Positions 52,987 to 62,116 of a stretch of DNA of 64,000 bases are shown piece by piece. The DNA is from Aquificota bacterium (GTDB taxonomy: Bacteria > Aquificota > Aquificia > Desulfurobacteriales > DQVG01): assembly GCA_027002265.1 (NCBI GenBank), contig JAMOTM010000043.1:14458-78457 (forward strand), given 5' to 3'. The notes beneath the pieces were generated by a model. The model was not told the DNA's origin. It worked only from the letters and a program-made list of their open reading frames with translations, and searched no databases. How positions within the stretch are numbered: position 1 is the first letter of the stretch; every line of letters starts with the position of its first letter. A program made the position numbers and the translations under genes.

Positions 52987-54075
52987 CTATAATATCTTTA
53001 AAGTCTCTTTTAAAATAATTTCTTTTGAGTTTTTCAGGATATACGTTTCTAAATCTTTTATATCTTCATCTTTTTTTGTATTTGACCAATTTGTAAATTC
53101 TTTAAAGGTTTTTAAAAATTTTTCTTTATCCTCTTTTTTTAAAGTTTGAATAAATACTTTTGCTAAATCTTTTTTCAAAATAGGTTTAATATTTTCATAT
53201 TGATGATTTTTATAAGCATATGGATAAGGAACAAATAATGTTTTCTTTTTAAAGTAACAAACTTCTGTTACGGTTAAAGCCCCAGCCCGAGAAATAACTA
53301 AATCCGCTACTTTTAAATAAGGTCCCAAATTTTCTTTAAATTCAAAAAGAAGAAAATCATAGTTTCTTTTTTCATATATATTTTTTAATCTAAAAAAACC
53401 TTTGTTTTTACCGGTAATATGAATAATAAAAAATTCTTTAAGTATATTAGGGGACTTAGATGCAATATATTCAAAAACTTCATTTAAAAATAAAGCTCCT
53501 TGGGAACCTCCGTAAATTAGAAGAACCTTTTTTGATGGGGGTATTTTTAATTTCTCTTTTAAGCTGTTTTTATCTTCTTTATCATATATTTCAACTTCTT
53601 TCCTGAGAGGATTAGAAGTCCAAACAAATTTTTTATTATCTATATCTTCTATATTTTTCCCTTCAAAGTAAGGAAATCCTAAAAAAATCTTTTTTGCAAA
53701 TCTAGAAAATAGTTTATTTGCTTTTCCAAAAAGGACATTTTGCTCATGAATAACAATAGGAATTTTTAAAAGATAGGCCGCAAGGTAAAGAGGAAAAGAT
53801 ACATAACCTCCAAAACCTAAGACTAATTTTACATTTTTTTCTTTTAAAAGTTGTTTTATTTTTTTTGATATTTTTATATAGCTATAAAGTCTTTTTGGTA
53901 AAAATACATTTTTTTTTATATCAAATAAGAAAAAATCTTTTTCAAAAAACTGAGCCTCTATAGAATTTTTTGATCCTATAAAAATGGTTGGAATATTTTT
54001 TTCTTTAAAATATTTAAAAACAGAGTATGCTGGAAAAAAATGTCCTCCTGTTCCTCCACCCGAAATAGCTATCAT
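52987..54075 (-). CDS. murG: undecaprenyl-PP-MurNAc-pentapeptide GlcNAc transferase
   Basis: 'GGGTGGHFFPA', 'HEQN', 'GGSQGA' and 'SRAGALTVTE' motifs. Confidence 0.85.
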   Translation of the reverse strand: MIAISGGGTGGHFFPAYSVFKYFKEKNIPTIFIGSKNSIEAQFFEKDFFLFDIKKNVFLPKRLYSYIKISKKIKQLLKEKNVKLVLGFGGYVSFPLYLAAYLLKIPIVIHEQNVLFGKANKLFSRFAKKIFLGFPYFEGKNIEDIDNKKFVWTSNPLRKEVEIYDKEDKNSLKEKLKIPPSKKVLLIYGGSQGALFLNEVFEYIASKSPNILKEFFIIHITGKNKGFFRLKNIYEKRNYDFLLFEFKENLGPYLKVADLVISRAGALTVTEVCYFKKKTLFVPYPYAYKNHQYENIKPILKKDLAKVFIQTLKKEDKEKFLKTFKEFTNWSNTKKDEDIKDLETYILKNSKEIILKETLKIL

Positions 54076-54764
54076 TCCCTAATTTCCTGAGCTATTTCTT
54101 GCTGCCGAACAAATACATATTTTGCAATTTCATCCTGATCCTTTAGATTTATATTAATAAATGAAATTCCCAGTCTCTCTTCATCTTTATTTAAAGGAGA
54201 TTTTCTAACAACTTTTCCTAAAACTTTAAAGGTATGTCCATTTGGTAAAGTTATTTCAAGCTCTAATATATCTCCTTCCTTTATTTTACCTTTTGGAAAA
54301 GGAATAGCTATCCCCATTTCTGAAATATCTATGGCTTTTGTAAGAACTTCTTCTACAATCTCTCCTTTTTCATTTTTAAGAATAGCTTTTACCCTTACTG
54401 GCTTTTTTCTTGAGGGTTTTACTCTTAAAAAACGTCTTGAAAATTTATCTACAGGTTGGAAAACAGGTAAGGTAGTTTCTATACCACTTTCACTTGCATA
54501 AAGAACATTAGCTTTATAGTGATATTGCCTTTCCGGAGTTTGAACTCTTATAAAAAGTTCTTTAGATTCATTACAAGCTTTTACAAGTTTAGGATCTCCT
54601 TCAAAAAGAACATTTTTTGTAGTAGGATCTATTTCTAAAACTTTTACTTTTGCCCAAACGGGAATTTCCTCAAAAAAGGACATAGCTATAATAGGTTTTC
54701 CTTTTTCCATATGCTCTTTTAAATATTCTTCTATATTTACCATTTGATTAACCTCAATGTTCAT
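54072..54764 (-). CDS. PilZ-domain protein (putative c-di-GMP receptor)
   Basis: 'RRFLRVKP' (RxxxR) and 'DISEMGIA' (DxSxxG) motifs in the C-terminal half. ATGA overlap with murG. Confidence 0.7.
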   Translation of the reverse strand: MNIEVNQMVNIEEYLKEHMEKGKPIIAMSFFEEIPVWAKVKVLEIDPTTKNVLFEGDPKLVKACNESKELFIRVQTPERQYHYKANVLYASESGIETTLPVFQPVDKFSRRFLRVKPSRKKPVRVKAILKNEKGEIVEEVLTKAIDISEMGIAIPFPKGKIKEGDILELEITLPNGHTFKVLGKVVRKSPLNKDEERLGISFININLKDQDEIAKYVFVRQQEIAQEIRE

Positions 54765-54812
54765 ATGTTAGGTTTTAATTAAAGCTATTATATCAAAGGA
54801 TATAGGCAATTT

Positions 54813-55898
54813 TTAGCTTTTTTTAAAAATAAAATATCCTAAGGTTTTATTATCTCTTTTTATTAATATTTTTGTAGCTTTACTTATCTTAAAAATTTCA
54901 TGATTTAGATTATGTTTCTCCAAAACTGGATAATATCCATCTTCTTCCCCATATATATTTTCTATTGATAATTTTTTAGCATAAATTATTTTTCGATTTA
55001 ATTTAGAAAGCTTATATTTTCTTGTAAATTTCTCATCTACTTTTAAAATAATTTCGGGATCTTCCTTAAATTTTATATTTTCATATAAGAGATGTTTTAA
55101 ATTTTTAAAACTTTCTTTAAATTCAATTCCAAAAAATTTGCAAAAAGCATAGAACATATAAAAATGGTATAAAGCTTTTTGATAGGAACTTTTTAAATTT
55201 TTTGATACCTCAAAACACCATGCAGGTCTATTTGCAAAAACCAAAGAGTAATATGTTAAGGTTTTTCGCATATCTTTATATGGGGTATTTCTCCAAAAAG
55301 TGTGAGTATTTTTAATTCCAAATTTATGATATTTTGGAACAAATTTATTTACAAATTTTTCAACAAATTTTGCAACCTTATAAAGCTCAAAATGTTTATA
55401 TTTAACTTCATCTATAACTATACACTCTCCCCAATATCTTTTATTGCGTTTGTAAAAGCCATATCCATCATGCAAAGATAAAACAAGATCTATATCTTTT
55501 CTATGAAGATACTTTTTTAAATATTTTAAAAATCTATAATCCGGATCAGAAGGGGAAACATAGGGAAATTTTCGATTCATATCTCCATTATATCCTCTAA
55601 CGTAAGCTAAAATAGAGACAAAGTTTTGTCGAGGAATAACTGTAATTTTTCCTCTTTTTAAAGAAATATGTTTTAAAAATCTGGCAAAATAGTAGCTTCC
55701 CTCTTCATTCCCATGAATACCTGCAACAACTAAAATATGTTTCCCTTTTTTTTTTCCTTCTATTTCGTAGGAGTAATACTTCTTTTTCGGAAGCTTAATG
55801 ATGCCTTGGGAAGAAGAATTTTTTGCGTAAGCAACTTCAAGAAAAAATGGCAAAGTTATTATTTTTCTAATAAAATCTCTTCGGCTAATATTTTCCAT
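54813..55898 (-). CDS. Tat-exported M14-like zinc carboxypeptidase (succinylglutamate desuccinylase / Csd4-Pgp1-like)
   Basis: Twin-arginine leader 'SRRDFIRKI' and 'VVAGIHGNEEGS' HxxE zinc motif. Confidence 0.6.
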   Translation of the reverse strand: MENISRRDFIRKIITLPFFLEVAYAKNSSSQGIIKLPKKKYYSYEIEGKKKGKHILVVAGIHGNEEGSYYFARFLKHISLKRGKITVIPRQNFVSILAYVRGYNGDMNRKFPYVSPSDPDYRFLKYLKKYLHRKDIDLVLSLHDGYGFYKRNKRYWGECIVIDEVKYKHFELYKVAKFVEKFVNKFVPKYHKFGIKNTHTFWRNTPYKDMRKTLTYYSLVFANRPAWCFEVSKNLKSSYQKALYHFYMFYAFCKFFGIEFKESFKNLKHLLYENIKFKEDPEIILKVDEKFTRKYKLSKLNRKIIYAKKLSIENIYGEEDGYYPVLEKHNLNHEIFKISKATKILIKRDNKTLGYFIFKKS

Positions 55899-56926
55899 TT
55901 ATTTCCCTCTTTTACTACATATAAGACTTTTCTATCAGTGGAATTGTAGTTGTTTGACATATAATGCTGCCAAAAAGATATAGCGTATATATTTTTATAT
56001 CCAAAAAGATTAAATCGGCCATCTTTTAAGATTTGTATATCACTTAAATTTACTTTTATCCATTTTTTTTGTTTTGTAACTCTAAGTTTATGTTTTTTCC
56101 AAGCTTTATAATTCCCATAGGGAGTTATTAAGTGTTTAGAATAAAAAGAAAAATAAGTTTCTATATCTTTAGGAGAGTTCTCCCATGCGTTTTTCCAAGC
56201 AAGTAGAAATTCCAGTAGTTCTTTTCTTTCTTTTAAAAGGTTTTTTGCCGGCCCTTTTTTTATTCCTTCTACTATTATAACCGGAGTTTCATAAAGTTTT
56301 ATATATTTTTTTAATTTTTTTAAATATTTATTTTTAAGTACTACGCATCCATTTGAAGAGTGAGGAGGACGGTTAGGATTATTTGTTCCGTGAATCCAAA
56401 TTCCATGTCCACCTTTTCCTAAGTACTTATCTAGATAATTTGGGTAATTTAGAACATAAGCTCCAATTCCATAAATAGGAGAAAGTCTATAACCTGGAAT
56501 ATATTTTATAGGATAATAAACACCTTCGGGAGTTTTTTGATCTCCTTCTCTAAATTTATCTCCGGGACGTTTTCCTGTAATACAAGGATATATTCTCACA
56601 ATTATGGGAAGTCCGTTTCTTTGAGTTATAACATACAAATATTCGTTTTTTTTATCAACTACAAGAGCATAGTTATTTTTAGAAAGATATATTACGTGTT
56701 CAATATAGGTTTTTACAATTGGATATTTTTCTTCTATTTTCTCTAGAAGCTTTTTTGCTTCTTTGTATTTTTTTTGAAGAACTAATTTTTTTAGTTTTTC
56801 TGCATAATCATAAAGAGATAAAGAATCCCCCCAAGCAAAAATGGGGGGAATGATGAATTTAAAAATAATGAGGATACTTAATAACCTAAAAAATTTATTT
56901 AAATAATTCATCTTTATCTGGAACAT
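55859..56926 (-). CDS. L,D-transpeptidase (YkuD domain)
   Basis: Catalytic '[24 protein letters not shown]' (His ... SxGC). Confidence 0.8.
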   Translation of the reverse strand: MFQIKMNYLNKFFRLLSILIIFKFIIPPIFAWGDSLSLYDYAEKLKKLVLQKKYKEAKKLLEKIEEKYPIVKTYIEHVIYLSKNNYALVVDKKNEYLYVITQRNGLPIIVRIYPCITGKRPGDKFREGDQKTPEGVYYPIKYIPGYRLSPIYGIGAYVLNYPNYLDKYLGKGGHGIWIHGTNNPNRPPHSSNGCVVLKNKYLKKLKKYIKLYETPVIIVEGIKKGPAKNLLKERKELLEFLLAWKNAWENSPKDIETYFSFYSKHLITPYGNYKAWKKHKLRVTKQKKWIKVNLSDIQILKDGRFNLFGYKNIYAISFWQHYMSNNYNSTDRKVLYVVKEGNKWKILAEEILLEK

Positions 56927-57602
56927 TTTCCCAATCTTTTAAAAACCTTTCAAGTCCGATATCTGTTAAAGGATGTTTAGAAAGCTTTTCTAAAACCCCA
57001 AAAGGTATAGTTGCTATATGAGCTCCAATTAACGCCGCTTCTAAAACATGTTTTGGATGTCTAACTGAAGATACGATAACTTCGCTTTCAAAACCATAAT
57101 TTTCAATAATATTTACTATTTCTTCTACAAGTCTCATTCCATCGTGTCCAATATCATCTAATCTTCCTACAAAAGGAGAGATAAAAGTTGCCCCAGCTTT
57201 CATAGCAAGCAAAGCTTGATTTGGAGAAAATACTAAAGTTACATTAGTTTTTATTCCTTTTTCACTTAAAATTTTTACAGCTTTTAGTCCTTCTAAGGAC
57301 ATTGGTATTTTTACAACTAAGTTATTGACATTCAAATCATTTTTTTTAAGAAAATCTACAAAAAACAAAGCTTCCTTTACCATTGTTTCACTATCAAGCT
57401 TTCCATTTTTCATACCGATAACTTCTAAAGAAATTGGAAAATCCTTTTCCTCTCCAAGAGAAAAAATATCTTTTACAACATCTAAGAAAGGTCTTTTTGT
57501 TTTAGAGATTAAGGTAGGATTTGTGGTTACTCCATCGATAAGGCCCCAGGAGAGAGCGGTTTTTATTTCTTCTACATTAGCTGTATCTATGAAAAATTTC
57601 AT
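56895..57602 (-). CDS. tal: transaldolase / fructose-6-phosphate aldolase family (short type)
   Basis: '[13 protein letters not shown]', 'GVTTNPTL' and the Schiff-base Lys context 'VVKIP'. Confidence 0.9.
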   Translation of the reverse strand: MKFFIDTANVEEIKTALSWGLIDGVTTNPTLISKTKRPFLDVVKDIFSLGEEKDFPISLEVIGMKNGKLDSETMVKEALFFVDFLKKNDLNVNNLVVKIPMSLEGLKAVKILSEKGIKTNVTLVFSPNQALLAMKAGATFISPFVGRLDDIGHDGMRLVEEIVNIIENYGFESEVIVSSVRHPKHVLEAALIGAHIATIPFGVLEKLSKHPLTDIGLERFLKDWENVPDKDELFK

Positions 57603-57677
57603 CCCTTCCCCCTAATTTTAGATTTTCGGCAAATTATAACAAATGGGAGAGGGATTTTTTCAATTTATCAAAAGGAA

Positions 57678-57708
57678 GGAATAAAAAATGGGGGAAAAGC
57701 CTTCCCCC
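57678..57708 (-). terminator. intrinsic terminator after hsp20 (GGGGGAA-N5-TTCCCCC)
   Basis: 7-bp stem at 57690-57708, followed on the minus strand by ATTTTTTATT. Confidence 0.55.
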
Positions 57709-57713
57709 AAATA

Positions 57714-58250
57714 TTATTTATCTTCTTTTTTCTTTTTATCTTTATCTTCAGGTGATTTAACAATAATTTTTACTTTCTTTTCAAGAGATTTTGGTTTTTT
57801 AATTCTAAGTTCTAAAACACCTTTTTCGTAAATTGCTTCAATATCTTCCTCGTTTGCTTCAAATGGAAGGGGGATAATTCGTTGAAATTCTCCATAAAAG
57901 GTTTCTGAGAAAAGTAAGTTTTCTTTTTTTTCTTCTTCAGAAGCCTTTTTCACACCTCTAATAATCAAGTAGTGTCCTTTAACTTTTATATCTATATCAT
58001 CTGGATCTAAACCAGGAACTTCAAGTCTAATTACAAGTTCATCTGGAGTTTCATACATTTCCATTTTAGGTTCTGCAAACATATCCTTAAGTCCACTAAA
58101 CATAGGAGAAAATTGGCTCATAATTTCTTGCATTAGTTTATCCATATCTCTAAACATAAATTTATCTATATCTTTAAACATATCTCCAAAAAAATCATCA
58201 AAAGGATCTCTTCCACGTCCACCTCGTCCAAAGAATCTACCAAAAAACAT
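57714..58250 (-). CDS. Hsp20 / alpha-crystallin small heat-shock protein
   Basis: Alpha-crystallin domain ('DMYETPDELVIRLEVPGLDPDDIDIKV...', 'GEFQRIIPLP', 'GVLELRIKK'). Confidence 0.85.
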   Translation of the reverse strand: MFFGRFFGRGGRGRDPFDDFFGDMFKDIDKFMFRDMDKLMQEIMSQFSPMFSGLKDMFAEPKMEMYETPDELVIRLEVPGLDPDDIDIKVKGHYLIIRGVKKASEEEKKENLLFSETFYGEFQRIIPLPFEANEEDIEAIYEKGVLELRIKKPKSLEKKVKIIVKSPEDKDKKKKEDK

Positions 58251-58447
58251 AGCTTAACCTCCAATTTTTTATTTTAATATTTATTTTCATTTATTAAATT
58301 TCTTCTTTCTTTTCTTTTTGTCAAGTTGCAAGCTTGAAAAGTCTATGAAAAATCATATATTTTTCTAAAAAAATGTTTTAAATATGTTAAAGTAAATAAA
58401 TAACTTTTTCTAAAAAATATTTATAACCTTTAAAGGAGGAATAAGTC

Positions 58448-59695
58448 ATGAAAAAGTTTTTGAGCTTAGCTTTACTACTTTCCTTTTTATCTTCTAACAC
58501 CCTAGCTTTCGCATCTTCTATTTCTCAAAACAATCAAGTTATAAAAAAATCCACTTTAGAAGCTAAATTAAAAGAAGCTGAAGAGTTATACGAAAAGCTT
58601 GAGTTTGACAAAGCTTTAAAAATTTTAAAAGAATTAGAAAAACAGTATCCTAATAATCCAAAAGTTTTATTTTTACTAGGAAAAGTTCTTTATGATTTAG
58701 GAAACTATGGAGAAGCAACTAAATATTTTGAAAAGCTTATAAAAATTAATCCTAATAATAGTGAATATTATTTCTGGGCTGCAAAAGCATACTTAAAGTT
58801 AGGTAATTTGGATAAAGCATTATTGTATGTCAAACATGCTTTGAAATTAAAGGAAGATGCAAGATATTATAATCTTTTAGGTTTAATTTATGTTGCAAAA
58901 GGAGATTTAAAAAAAGCTGAAGAAGCTTATAAAAAAGCTATAAAATTAAATCCTGAATTTGCGGATGCATACTATAACTTAGGTGTTTTATACCTTTTAC
59001 AAGGAAAGCAAAATTTAGCTGAAAAATATTTTAAAAAAGCTATAGCTTTAGCTCCTAAAAAGGCTCTTTATCACTTAAAACTTGCTGAGCTTTATAAAAA
59101 ACAAGGTCGTTTAAAGGAAGCTATAGAGCAACTCCTTGAGGCTTTAAAATATCAAGAAGCTACAGCTTTGGCTTATTTAAATATAGCTTTAACCTATTAT
59201 CAAAACAAAGAGTATGACAAAGCTTTAGAGTATGCCCAAAAAGCTCTTTTATTAAATCCAGAGTACTATGAAGCTTATATTCTTATAGGAAATATTTATG
59301 AAAAAAAACATATGTACGACTTAGCGGAAATGGCTTATAAAACTGCTCTTCAAATTGCCACTTCTCAAGGAGATAAACTTAAGATTTTTGATGCAGGCGT
59401 TTTACTCGGATCTCTCTATTATAAAATGGGACTTTGGGACGCTTCTGTAGTAACTTTTAAATCTTTAATTCCAATAAATCCAAAAGCTCCTATAATTTAC
59501 TATTATCTTTCTTTAAATTATGAAAAGTTAGGATTTGAAAAAGCTGCCGAAGCTGAAAAGGAAACTTTAGAGGCTTTACTAAGGGAGCTTCGTCAAGAAA
59601 AGCTTCATGCAAAAACTCAAGAAGAAAAAAATGAAAAGCAAAACTTAATAGATAAAATAGAAAACTTTTTAGAAAAGCTAAAAGAAAAATTTTAG
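58448..59695 (+). CDS. secreted TPR-repeat protein
   Basis: Signal peptide followed by about eight or more TPR units ('AYYNLGVLYLLQGK...A...F.KAI.L.P'). Confidence 0.8.
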   Translation: MKKFLSLALLLSFLSSNTLAFASSISQNNQVIKKSTLEAKLKEAEELYEKLEFDKALKILKELEKQYPNNPKVLFLLGKVLYDLGNYGEATKYFEKLIKINPNNSEYYFWAAKAYLKLGNLDKALLYVKHALKLKEDARYYNLLGLIYVAKGDLKKAEEAYKKAIKLNPEFADAYYNLGVLYLLQGKQNLAEKYFKKAIALAPKKALYHLKLAELYKKQGRLKEAIEQLLEALKYQEATALAYLNIALTYYQNKEYDKALEYAQKALLLNPEYYEAYILIGNIYEKKHMYDLAEMAYKTALQIATSQGDKLKIFDAGVLLGSLYYKMGLWDASVVTFKSLIPINPKAPIIYYYLSLNYEKLGFEKAAEAEKETLEALLRELRQEKLHAKTQEEKNEKQNLIDKIENFLEKLKEKF

Positions 59696-59699
59696 ATTA

Positions 59700-59727
59700 G
59701 GGGGGATAATTTCCCCCCCATTTTTTA
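59700..59727 (+). terminator. intrinsic terminator GGGGGGA-TAATT-TCCCCCC plus T-run
   Basis: 7-bp stem followed by CATTTTTTAAT. It sits between the convergent TPR gene and leuB. Confidence 0.6.
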
Positions 59728-60837
59728 ATCTAATTCCAAAATTTTATTTGCAATTAAATCTCCCATCTGGGAGCAACTTACAAGTTTAGTTCCAGGTGTG
59801 TGAATATCTTTTGTTCTATACTCTTTTAAAACATCTCTAACGGCTCTATCTATTAAGTTTTCAATATCTGGACGGTTAAAACTGTAGTTAAACATCATTC
59901 CAACGGAGTTTATTGTTGCAATTGGATTTGCAATATCTTTTCCGGCAATATCTGGAGCAGAGCCATGGATAGGTTCATAGAGGCCTTTTTCTCCACCAAT
60001 AGAAGCAGATGGTAACATTCCTAAAGAACCTGTTAAGGCAGCAGCTTCGTCGGAAATAATATCCCCAAACATATTTGTAGTAACTATAACATCAAATTGT
60101 TTTGGCCATCTTAAAAGTTGCATAGCAGCGTTATCTACATACATGTGATTAAGTTCTACGTCCGGATAATCTTTGGCTACTTCTTCTACAATTTGTCTCC
60201 AAAAAGAGGTAGCTTCAAGTACATTTGCTTTATCTATAGAAGTTACTTTTTTATTTCTTTTTCTTGCAGCTTCAAAGGCTATTTTTGCTATTCTTCTTAC
60301 TTCTTCATCTGTATATTTTAAAGTATTTATTCCTACTTTTTCTCCTTTAAGTTCTTCTTCTTGATAGTAGTCTTTTAATGGAAATTCTTTTATAGAAAAT
60401 ACTCCTCTTGGCTTTCCAAAGTAAATTCCGGAGGTAAGTTCTCTTACAACCAAAATATCAACTCCTTTTACAATTTCCTCTTTTAAAGTTGAAGCAGATA
60501 CAAGTTCATCATATACCTTTGCAGGTCTTAAATTTGCAAAAGTTTTAAGAACTTTTCTTAAAGCTAAAAGACCTCTTTCAGGTCTTTTATCGAAAGGTAA
60601 ATTATCCCACTTAGGTCCACCCACTGCTCCAAGTAAAGTAGCATCTGCTTTTAGAACAAGTTTTTCTGTTTTTTCTGGAAAAGGTGTACCGTATTTATCT
60701 ATAGCTTCTCCTCCAATTTCTCCGTACTCAAGTTCAATTTTCAAACCATATTTTTTTTCAATAGCTTTAATAACTTTTACAGCTTGAGGAACTATTTCTT
60801 TTCCGATACCATCTCCTGGTAAAACAGCTACTTTCAT
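59725..60837 (-). CDS. leuB: 3-isopropylmalate dehydrogenase
   Basis: '[12 protein letters not shown]', 'NLRP', '[25 protein letters not shown]' and '[14 protein letters not shown]'. Confidence 0.88.
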   Translation of the reverse strand: MKVAVLPGDGIGKEIVPQAVKVIKAIEKKYGLKIELEYGEIGGEAIDKYGTPFPEKTEKLVLKADATLLGAVGGPKWDNLPFDKRPERGLLALRKVLKTFANLRPAKVYDELVSASTLKEEIVKGVDILVVRELTSGIYFGKPRGVFSIKEFPLKDYYQEEELKGEKVGINTLKYTDEEVRRIAKIAFEAARKRNKKVTSIDKANVLEATSFWRQIVEEVAKDYPDVELNHMYVDNAAMQLLRWPKQFDVIVTTNMFGDIISDEAAALTGSLGMLPSASIGGEKGLYEPIHGSAPDIAGKDIANPIATINSVGMMFNYSFNRPDIENLIDRAVRDVLKEYRTKDIHTPGTKLVSCSQMGDLIANKILELD

Positions 60838-60936
60838 TTTTGACCTCCTTGGGTGTATGAAAAATTTTGGTTTAAAATATTAATTATTTAAAGAACCATC
60901 TTTAAAGACAAATTATATATTATAGGATTAGTAAAA

Positions 60937-61650
60937 ATGCCAAAACTTCGAGAATTAAAAGATATTGTAAATTCTTTTAATGAGGATGAAATATCTTATT
61001 TAGAGGAAAAAGATAAACAATTTTTAGCTTTAAAAAATTTATATGAAAATTTAAAAGATGATGTATTATTTTTTAAGCTAGTAATAATAAATGCTCTTAT
61101 GTCCTATCAACTCCAAATGAAAGGAGAAGATTATTGGGAAATTTTTAGTAAATTTTTTTCAAAAAATAAAGATATAAGTTTTTTTGAAAGTTTTATAAAA
61201 ACATATAATAAAAGATTTTTAAATGCAAAATTAAAAAGACTTAAAAAAGTTATAAATTGCGTAGAAAAGTTATTTTTTTCTTATTCTCCAAAAAACTTGG
61301 GAGAAAACTTAGAAAAGCTTATAAATTTCCTATCTTTGTGTCTTAATCAGGATAAGAAGGCAAAAACAATTGTTTTTGCGGCAAAAATGTTTATGTACGC
61401 TTATAAGATTGTATACAAAAAATATCCTGAAAATATTAAAAATATATTTATTCCTTTAGATTCAAGATTAAAAAAAATTGATTCCAATAAAGAAAATTGG
61501 GAAAATTTCTTAAAAGAAGTTTCTCATCCGCCTTTAAGATTAGATGTAATTTTGTGGTTACCTCAAAATCTTTCTTTAAAGGAAATTTCAAATTTTCCAC
61601 CTTCGCTTAGAGAAAAATTAATAAAAATTAAAAGAGTTTTGAATTCTTGA
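60937..61650 (+). CDS. archaeal-type 8-oxoguanine DNA glycosylase / N-glycosylase-DNA lyase (AGOG family)
   Basis: 'INALMSYQLQMKGEDYWEIFSKFFS', 'KTIVFAAKMFMYAY', 'IPLDSRL' and 'PPLRLDVILWL' parallel Pyrobaculum AGOG blocks as I recall them. Confidence 0.7.
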   Translation: MPKLRELKDIVNSFNEDEISYLEEKDKQFLALKNLYENLKDDVLFFKLVIINALMSYQLQMKGEDYWEIFSKFFSKNKDISFFESFIKTYNKRFLNAKLKRLKKVINCVEKLFFSYSPKNLGENLEKLINFLSLCLNQDKKAKTIVFAAKMFMYAYKIVYKKYPENIKNIFIPLDSRLKKIDSNKENWENFLKEVSHPPLRLDVILWLPQNLSLKEISNFPPSLREKLIKIKRVLNS

Positions 61651-61688
61651 CACAAAAAATTTTTTTTCTATAATTATTAATGCAAGGT

Positions 61689-61765
61689 GCCGGCGTAGCT
61701 CAGCTGGCTAGAGCGGGTGACTTGTAATCACCAGGTCGGGGGTTCGAGTCCCTCCGCCGGCACCA
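61689..61765 (+). tRNA. tRNA-Thr (anticodon UGU), CCA encoded
   Basis: Hand-folded: acceptor GCCGGCG/CGCCGGC, D-arm GCTC..GAGC, anticodon loop CTTGTAA, T-loop TTCGAGT. Confidence 0.9.
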
Positions 61766-61773
61766 TTTGAAGC

Positions 61774-61802
61774 TTGACAATAGGGGCAGATTGATATATA
61801 AT
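61774..61802 (+). promoter_or_regulatory. candidate sigma70-type promoter (TTGACA-17-TATAAT) between tRNA-Thr and tRNA-Tyr
   Basis: Both hexamers are perfect consensus with a 17-nt spacer, about 50 nt upstream of tRNA-Tyr. Confidence 0.45.
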
Positions 61803-61854
61803 ATAAGTAGCGCAAGGGAGTGAAAGCTCCCTTAGAATTGCGTGGAGCTTAGAA

Positions 61855-61941
61855 GGAGGGGTAGCCAAGCGGCCAAAGGCAGGGGACTGTAAATCCCCGG
61901 GCTCCACGCCTTCGCAGGTTCGAATCCTGCCCCCTCCACCA
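61855..61941 (+). tRNA. tRNA-Tyr (anticodon GUA), CCA encoded
   Basis: Acceptor GGAGGGG/CCCCTCC, anticodon loop CTGTAAA, long variable arm, T-loop TTCGAAT. Confidence 0.9.
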
Positions 61942-61945
61942 GTGA

Positions 61946-62021
61946 GCGGGCGTAGCTCAGTTGGTAGAGCAGCGGCCTTCCAAGCCGCTGGTCGCGGGTT
62001 CGAGTCCCGTCGCCCGCTCCA
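61946..62021 (+). tRNA. tRNA-Gly (anticodon UCC), CCA encoded
   Basis: Acceptor GCGGGCG/CGCCCGC, anticodon loop CTTCCAA, T-loop TTCGAGT. Confidence 0.9.
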
Positions 62022-62116
62022 TTTAAATTTGGATTTTAAATTCTTAGAATTCTTTTCATAGTGTAAAAATTAATTTTTTACACTTAAGATTTCTTTTACA
62101 TCTTTAAATTGTAAAT

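Noticed and set aside
58315-58360. CTTGAAA-N14-CATATAT and a CAAGCTTG palindrome in the hsp20/TPR divergent region, considered as a sigma32-type promoter or heat-shock operator
   Set aside because: The -10 part does not match CCCCATNT. The motif points toward the TPR gene rather than hsp20. No CIRCE or HAIR consensus is present.
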